Part shown: one piece after another, positions 44,143 through 48,214 of the stretch
How the letters are laid out: each line of letters opens with the position of its first letter
How positions within the stretch are numbered: the first letter of the stretch is position 1
The notes under the pieces: model-generated
What the model was told of the DNA's origin: nothing
The model's database searches: none
The model's input: the letters and a program-made list of their open reading frames with translations, nothing else
IMG/VR virus record: IMGVR_UViG_3300006131_000280
Strand: one strand, 5' to 3'
DNA: 48,214 nucleotides
From: a virus
Program-made: the position numbers and the translations under genes

Positions 44143-44746
44143 CTCCCACCCCTTCCGGAATGCTCATGAATCCGTTAGAATCCACAGCTGAACCACTGGT
44201 ACGTACTGGTCCTACCGCCGGGCTGGATGGCAGCCTCTTATCTTCTGGAACCTTTGCATCCTTCAAACCATCCAGGCTTCTCACCTGCACACATTTAGTC
44301 GCTATTTTACGCTGTCCATCGGAAGTCTCAAATTCCTCACGCTGGAAGATTCCGCCAAAAAATTTCCCTACAAGACTTTTTTCTTCCCAGTTCCAGCGGT
44401 AACCAGGATTTGATTTTTCCACCGATGTCATAACACCTTTAAAAAATGGAAGAGAATCTCCATGAGTAAGCTGGCGATAGGTCCCGCCCCATTTCGTATT
44501 GGGATCCGCCTGCCTACGGGAATCAAACTGCTTTTTGTAAAAATCCTTGTATTCTCCTGTAGCCCCGGCATATCCATCTTTCTGGGTTCCTTCCACAATA
44601 TCGAAACAGATTACCATCTGTTCCCGCTGCTTGTTGTCCTGGATCACATTGACCTGCTTAATCACGCATTTATAGAGACCCGCTGGCAAGGACATGGTCT
44701 CCCCTGTATATGCCGGCGCCTGCTCGTATCCTTCAATCGGTCTCAT
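44120..44746 (-). CDS. DUF669 (SSB-like) protein
   Basis: 208 aa, directly downstream of the Sak4-like ATPase. Typical pairing, with an acidic C-terminal tail ...DEGIPFM. Confidence 0.6.
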   Translation of the reverse strand: MRPIEGYEQAPAYTGETMSLPAGLYKCVIKQVNVIQDNKQREQMVICFDIVEGTQKDGYAGATGEYKDFYKKQFDSRRQADPNTKWGGTYRQLTHGDSLPFFKGVMTSVEKSNPGYRWNWEEKSLVGKFFGGIFQREEFETSDGQRKIATKCVQVRSLDGLKDAKVPEDKRLPSSPAVGPVRTSGSAVDSNGFMSIPEGVGDEGIPFM

Positions 44747-44747
44747 C

Positions 44748-45410
44748 CTAATTCATTTCCTCCTTGTCCTTATTCTTTGGGTTCTGGATCCCGTAATACT
44801 CCCGAATTGCGTTATCTACCAGAAGTAAGTCATTCGGAATTTCCATATCCTCGAACATTCCTTCCGGTGACTTGCTGATCGCACTGCCGTTCGACTGTGT
44901 GATGAACTTGTGCTCTGTCATGTTATTCACACACCGGAGGACGACCGTGCAGAGGCCCTCCAGGCAAATCTTATCATCCAGAAGCTTCCCTATCGTCTTA
45001 GCTTTCACATTGCCATAATCGTCTGTGTCCTCATGCATGACAAGATATACAATCTTATCTGCCGGAAGTACATCCACAATCGTGTCCTGAATCAGTCTCC
45101 AGAAATCATCTGCCATCTGGTTATACAGACCGAATACATCATTACCCTTTCCCTTGGTGCTGTGGTTACGCATGAAGAAGTTTGTGATCAGATAACCAGC
45201 ATCATCAATCACGATTGATTGTGCCGGTGCCTGATTTAACCACTTCTTGATTGTCTGGTATTCATCCGAACAGTTCCCCGGGATCTGTCCCTTAAACGGC
45301 AATGGCTTCTTTAAAACGCGGATCAGGTTAAAATCTTTTCCCACACATGTCTTCATACTGGCAGATTTTCCACTGCCGGATTTACCAATGATCATTACAG
45401 GAATTGCCAT
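44748..45410 (-). CDS. Sak4-like / AAA_24 recombination ATPase
   Basis: Walker A GKSGSGKS, Walker B SIVIDD. Confidence 0.65.
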   Translation of the reverse strand: MAIPVMIIGKSGSGKSASMKTCVGKDFNLIRVLKKPLPFKGQIPGNCSDEYQTIKKWLNQAPAQSIVIDDAGYLITNFFMRNHSTKGKGNDVFGLYNQMADDFWRLIQDTIVDVLPADKIVYLVMHEDTDDYGNVKAKTIGKLLDDKICLEGLCTVVLRCVNNMTEHKFITQSNGSAISKSPEGMFEDMEIPNDLLLVDNAIREYYGIQNPKNKDKEEMN

Positions 45411-45413
45411 ATA

Positions 45414-46046
45414 TTAATCCTCCTCATCAAACGGCAGGCAGCCGGTGTCTCTCAGTTTTACTTCATTCTCAAAACAATCCAAAAACGCCAGGTTCGGGAG
45501 TACATCTGTTTCAAACCCCTCACCCAAGGTAGCTGTACCCGCCCAGTAGATCATCGTATCGTTTTTCCAGTACAGCACACTATCCAGGTAACAAGGCCGT
45601 CCCGGCATGCTCTCGACCGCGTGGTCCAGGTCCTTGATGCTGATTAAATCAGTAAAGACCCTGTTAATGGGACGCAGCTCCATAGTGCTATGTATCTGCA
45701 ATAGAATGTATTCTGTATGTGCATACCGAAGAATAAAAGGAGTCTGCACTGCATAATCCCTGGCCTGCTTCCACTTTACATAAAAGTCAAACTGGCTCAG
45801 ATCCATCTCACTTTGGATACCTTCCGGCTGATAGTTTAAAACCTCTCCTTTCTCCGGAAGATCTCCGATCAGCTCGACCATGGCCGCCTTCAACTTATTT
45901 GGTATAAATCCATCTGTAATTTGAATTCCCCATGTTCCCGATGCACTCATAAGCACCATATGCTCACCAATGCTTCCGACAATCAAGCCAGACCCTTTGT
46001 ATGCCGATTTTAGAAATTTCTTAAATTCTGTTATATTTAAGAACAT
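45414..46046 (-). CDS. Hypothetical early protein (210 aa)
   Basis: Track ORF, tightly packed in the operon. Confidence 0.6.
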   Translation of the reverse strand: MFLNITEFKKFLKSAYKGSGLIVGSIGEHMVLMSASGTWGIQITDGFIPNKLKAAMVELIGDLPEKGEVLNYQPEGIQSEMDLSQFDFYVKWKQARDYAVQTPFILRYAHTEYILLQIHSTMELRPINRVFTDLISIKDLDHAVESMPGRPCYLDSVLYWKNDTMIYWAGTATLGEGFETDVLPNLAFLDCFENEVKLRDTGCLPFDEED

Positions 46047-46240
46047 ACTTTTGTTTCCTTCCTCTTGTCATTCTTATCCCGTGATTCCTCGATTCCAAGT
46101 CGAATCATGTTTAAAACGATCTCCATCTCGTCATAAGACATCTGGAGTGCACCTCCTACCATCGTATCCACAACTTTAGAAGCGATTTTCGTCAACTGAT
46201 TGAACCGGTACGGAGGAATCTCATCTACAAAGTTTCCCAT
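46037..46240 (-). CDS. Hypothetical early protein (67 aa from internal ATG)
   Basis: ATG 46240 shares one nt with the upstream TAA (TAATG coupling). Confidence 0.5.
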   Translation of the reverse strand: MGNFVDEIPPYRFNQLTKIASKVVDTMVGGALQMSYDEMEIVLNMIRLGIEESRDKNDKRKETKVCS

Positions 46241-46734
46241 TATCGTATCCTCAGACTTTCCCCGCGCGGCTCCAGATGTGCCCATTCCACTTGCTTTTCA
46301 GCAAGCAGTCTGCGGATCTTCTCGTTATCCGGAACTGGCGGCTGCGGAATCAGAAACCTTCCAGGAATGTCATCAATATTTCCATCGATCACCAGGGGTT
46401 CCAGACCACCGTTTTTCTGAATGTTAAAGGAGAACATGGCTGTCTTAAACTTCCACTTTCCGAGCGCCCGCATATTCGCCTCCAGGTTGTCCTTTAACCA
46501 TCTGGAGCGTTCCTCCAGATGCTTTCTGCGGGCATTTAAGCGCGCCTCCTCTTCCTTCAGAATTTCGATATCTAACTTCATCCCCATAACGATTTTGGCA
46601 TATCCGTCGGCCTTATCCTCGATCTCTCCCCAGACAGCCTCCATGGTATCCCTTAAGGTCTGTTCATCCACCTCCGGGTCATAGCACATTTCCTGCAGTA
46701 CTGCATATTCCTCTGTCAGCTCATATAATTTCAT
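46240..46734 (-). CDS. Siphovirus Gp157-like protein
   Basis: MKLYELTEEYAVLQEMCYDPEVDEQTLRDTMEAV is a typical Gp157-family N-terminus. Confidence 0.65.
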   Translation of the reverse strand: MKLYELTEEYAVLQEMCYDPEVDEQTLRDTMEAVWGEIEDKADGYAKIVMGMKLDIEILKEEEARLNARRKHLEERSRWLKDNLEANMRALGKWKFKTAMFSFNIQKNGGLEPLVIDGNIDDIPGRFLIPQPPVPDNEKIRRLLAEKQVEWAHLEPRGESLRIR

Positions 46735-46797
46735 GATGATTTCTCCTTCCTAATCTTATCCTTTCATTTGAACATTTGAACAATTCCTTTTACCATC

Positions 46798-46826
46798 TTG
46801 CATTTCTTCGAAAAATCCCTTAAAAT
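46798..46826 (+). promoter_or_regulatory. Putative promoter of a short plus-strand RNA
   Basis: TTGCAT, 17-nt spacer, TAAAAT. Confidence 0.45.
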
Positions 46827-46832
46827 ATAAGA

Positions 46833-46893
46833 GTAAGTTATTTTCAGTTATTTGGAAACCCTAGCGGCTCCCTCCGCTGGGGTTTCCGTTTTT
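46833..46893 (+). ncRNA. Candidate short (about 60 nt) antisense RNA ending in a strong terminator
   Basis: 14-position hairpin GGAAACCCTAGCGG-ctccct-CCGCTGGGGTTTCC (one G-T pair) followed by GTTTTT. No plus-strand CDS lies upstream. Confidence 0.35.
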
Positions 46894-46954
46894 AGCTGTC
46901 CCCTCAGCTTCAAATATTGTCTCCAGATGTCCGGCCTCACCCCTTTCTTTGCCA

Positions 46955-47356
46955 TTAGAACAGGAAATCATAACCATAATTCCCGCCATCCTCCAATCCG
47001 GCTATATACTTTTCCGCCTCCTCCTGGCTATCAAATCGGATTCCGGTATCTTCCCAATCGTCTCCAGCTTCTTTCTCTTTAAATCGGATAAGCCGCGCCT
47101 GATGCCCCTTGATATGTCTGTTATAATATTCCTCTGTAACCGGAGTTCCCTTCTCATCATGGTATGGACTTACATGCCCTTCAACTTCCAGCTGGGGAAC
47201 AGCCCCTGAATGTACCGTCCATCCATAATACCGGATCCCATTCACCTGAAACCGAACATGCCATAGTCCACAGGATTCTGCATTCTGGATCAGCTCCCTC
47301 TTAAACCCATAAACTCTCTCGATATCTTCCTTTAACGTTTCTTCGCTGTATCCCAT
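46955..47356 (-). CDS. Hypothetical early protein (133 aa)
   Basis: Track ORF. GGAGGA RBS. Confidence 0.6.
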   Translation of the reverse strand: MGYSEETLKEDIERVYGFKRELIQNAESCGLWHVRFQVNGIRYYGWTVHSGAVPQLEVEGHVSPYHDEKGTPVTEEYYNRHIKGHQARLIRFKEKEAGDDWEDTGIRFDSQEEAEKYIAGLEDGGNYGYDFLF

Positions 47357-47499
47357 AATTTCCTCCTGTATCGTTAAGTATTTCCCCCAGTATCTCTTGT
47401 CAAAATAAACAACCAGAATACAATCAGTATTAGAATAACTGACACAATAACTTCACTCTTCCCATGCCAACCCGCACATTTTGCATTTTTTTCTTCATC

Positions 47500-47919
47500 T
47501 CACGATCCGGCTTTCATCGGCCCCAATATGTCGTTCAAATATGCATAGATTGCGAATCTCAGCTCCTTATTCAACGTGTGATTTTCCGCTTCACCGAGCT
47601 CTCTGTAATATTCGTTCTGTTTGTCCACCTCATGTTGTAGTCTATTGACTTGTTCTTCCGTCAAATACAGAATCTCTTTTTCGCCGTTTTCCATAACAAT
47701 CGCTACTTTCATCATCACATCTCCTTTATTCAGATATACATGCGCTGCTGCCATCCCGCATCCCACGATCATTCCCGCTATAATAACTGAAACAATCAGC
47801 AGCAGCATGTAATATCCATACAGGAATCTTTGTTCCCTCTTATGCCGCGCTCTGGCTCTTCGTACACGCCGGATTCCACTTTTCATTGTTCTTCTTCCTG
47901 ACTCCGGATATCTCTCCAT
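47500..47919 (-). CDS. Hypothetical early protein with one TM segment (139 aa; start possibly ATG 47886)
   Basis: Basic N-terminus, TM YYMLLLIVSVIIAGMIVGCGMAAA, soluble C-terminal half. Confidence 0.55.
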   Translation of the reverse strand: MERYPESGRRTMKSGIRRVRRARARHKREQRFLYGYYMLLLIVSVIIAGMIVGCGMAAAHVYLNKGDVMMKVAIVMENGEKEILYLTEEQVNRLQHEVDKQNEYYRELGEAENHTLNKELRFAIYAYLNDILGPMKAGS

Positions 47920-47926
47920 ACCTCTT

Positions 47927-48154
47927 TTATTTTGGAGTATCCCGAACTACTCCATCCAGTTCATTGTTCTCGTGCCGATCTGCCGGGAACGTCATAATAA
48001 ACCGTTCCAGATCTGTACCCCTGATCTTCTTACGCCCTAATGTCAGCGCCGGAAGCTGACCAGTATTAATAAGGTCATATACTCCACCAGGGTTCATCTT
48101 AAGCACCTTTGCAACCTCGCTTACCGTATACAAAGGTTCATATGGTTTTACCAT
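47927..48154 (-). CDS. Excisionase-family (MerR-like) HTH DNA-binding protein
   Basis: LYTVSEVAKVLKMNPGGVYDLINTGQLPALTLGRKKIRGTDLERFI. The start lies inside the terminal repeat. Confidence 0.7.
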   Translation of the reverse strand: MVKPYEPLYTVSEVAKVLKMNPGGVYDLINTGQLPALTLGRKKIRGTDLERFIMTFPADRHENNELDGVVRDTPK

Positions 48155-48214
48155 CTGTTTTTTTCACCTCCATTTACTCCTTCTGCTACTCTCTTACTTA
48201 ACTCCACAATCTTC
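48138..48214. repeat. Terminal direct repeat, identical to 1..77
   Basis: Exact 77-nt match to the window start. Confidence 0.95.

Noticed and set aside
46765-46782. CATTTGAACATTTGAACA resembles a Cheo box (GAAC-N4-GTTC).
   Set aside because: It is a direct repeat (GAAC-N4-GAAC), not an inverted repeat, so it is not a LexA/DinR site.
1-48214. Search for CRISPR arrays, reverse transcriptases (retron/DGR), transposases or IS elements, and rRNA genes.
   Set aside because: None were seen. There are no regularly spaced direct repeats with unique spacers, no RT (YxDD) or DDE transposase-like ORFs, and no rRNA-like sequence. The tail fibre repeats are in-frame coding repeats with no template repeat or RT nearby.

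Overview
The window is a complete, circularly closed genome of a temperate contractile-tailed phage from a Firmicutes/Clostridia-type host. The first 77 nt are identical to the last 77 nt, leaving about 48,137 bp of unique sequence. Plus strand, 2.1-5.1 kb, is the lysogeny module: an S24/CI-like repressor with three palindromic operators facing a Cro-like gene, a secreted cell-wall-binding moron, and a tyrosine integrase. Minus strand, read from the wrap point downwards: early genes (excisionase-like HTH, Gp157-like, Sak4-like ATPase, DUF669 SSB-like, CHC2 primase, DUF927 SF3 helicase, iteron origin, RecU-like resolvase, SF2 helicase, sigma-70-like factor, ArpU/RinA-like late regulator). Then come terminase small and large subunits, DUF1073 portal, MuF-like head protein, scaffold/protease, capsid and neck genes. 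A PBSX/Xkd-ordered tail module follows: sheath, tube, a chaperone with a verified -1 frameshift, tape measure, baseplate, fibres. Last are holin and a CHAP endolysin. Accessory loci that stand out: (1) An AT-rich 3.66-kb cassette between int and the putative attP, bracketed by a duplicated int 3' end. It encodes a C5 DNA methyltransferase translationally coupled to a GHKL-ATPase/PD-(D/E)xK (Shedu/DUF4263-like) nuclease fusion; this is the best candidate for an uncharacterised defence system. The methyltransferase AdoMet motif I lies upstream of its first in-frame ATG. (2) A 2-kb island between the late regulator and terS. It holds a tRNA-like element, an AT-rich two-gene membrane-protein operon, and a type I toxin-antitoxin-like pair (39-aa membrane peptide plus fully overlapping antisense sRNA from convergent near-consensus promoters). 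(3) hicAB inserted between holin and endolysin. (4) A MuF head protein with a C-terminal extension and a coupled small ORF, the polymorphic toxin/immunity layout. (5) A duplicated promoter-operator-leader in front of two small plus-strand genes. All domain calls come from motifs read by eye; no database search or computation was run.
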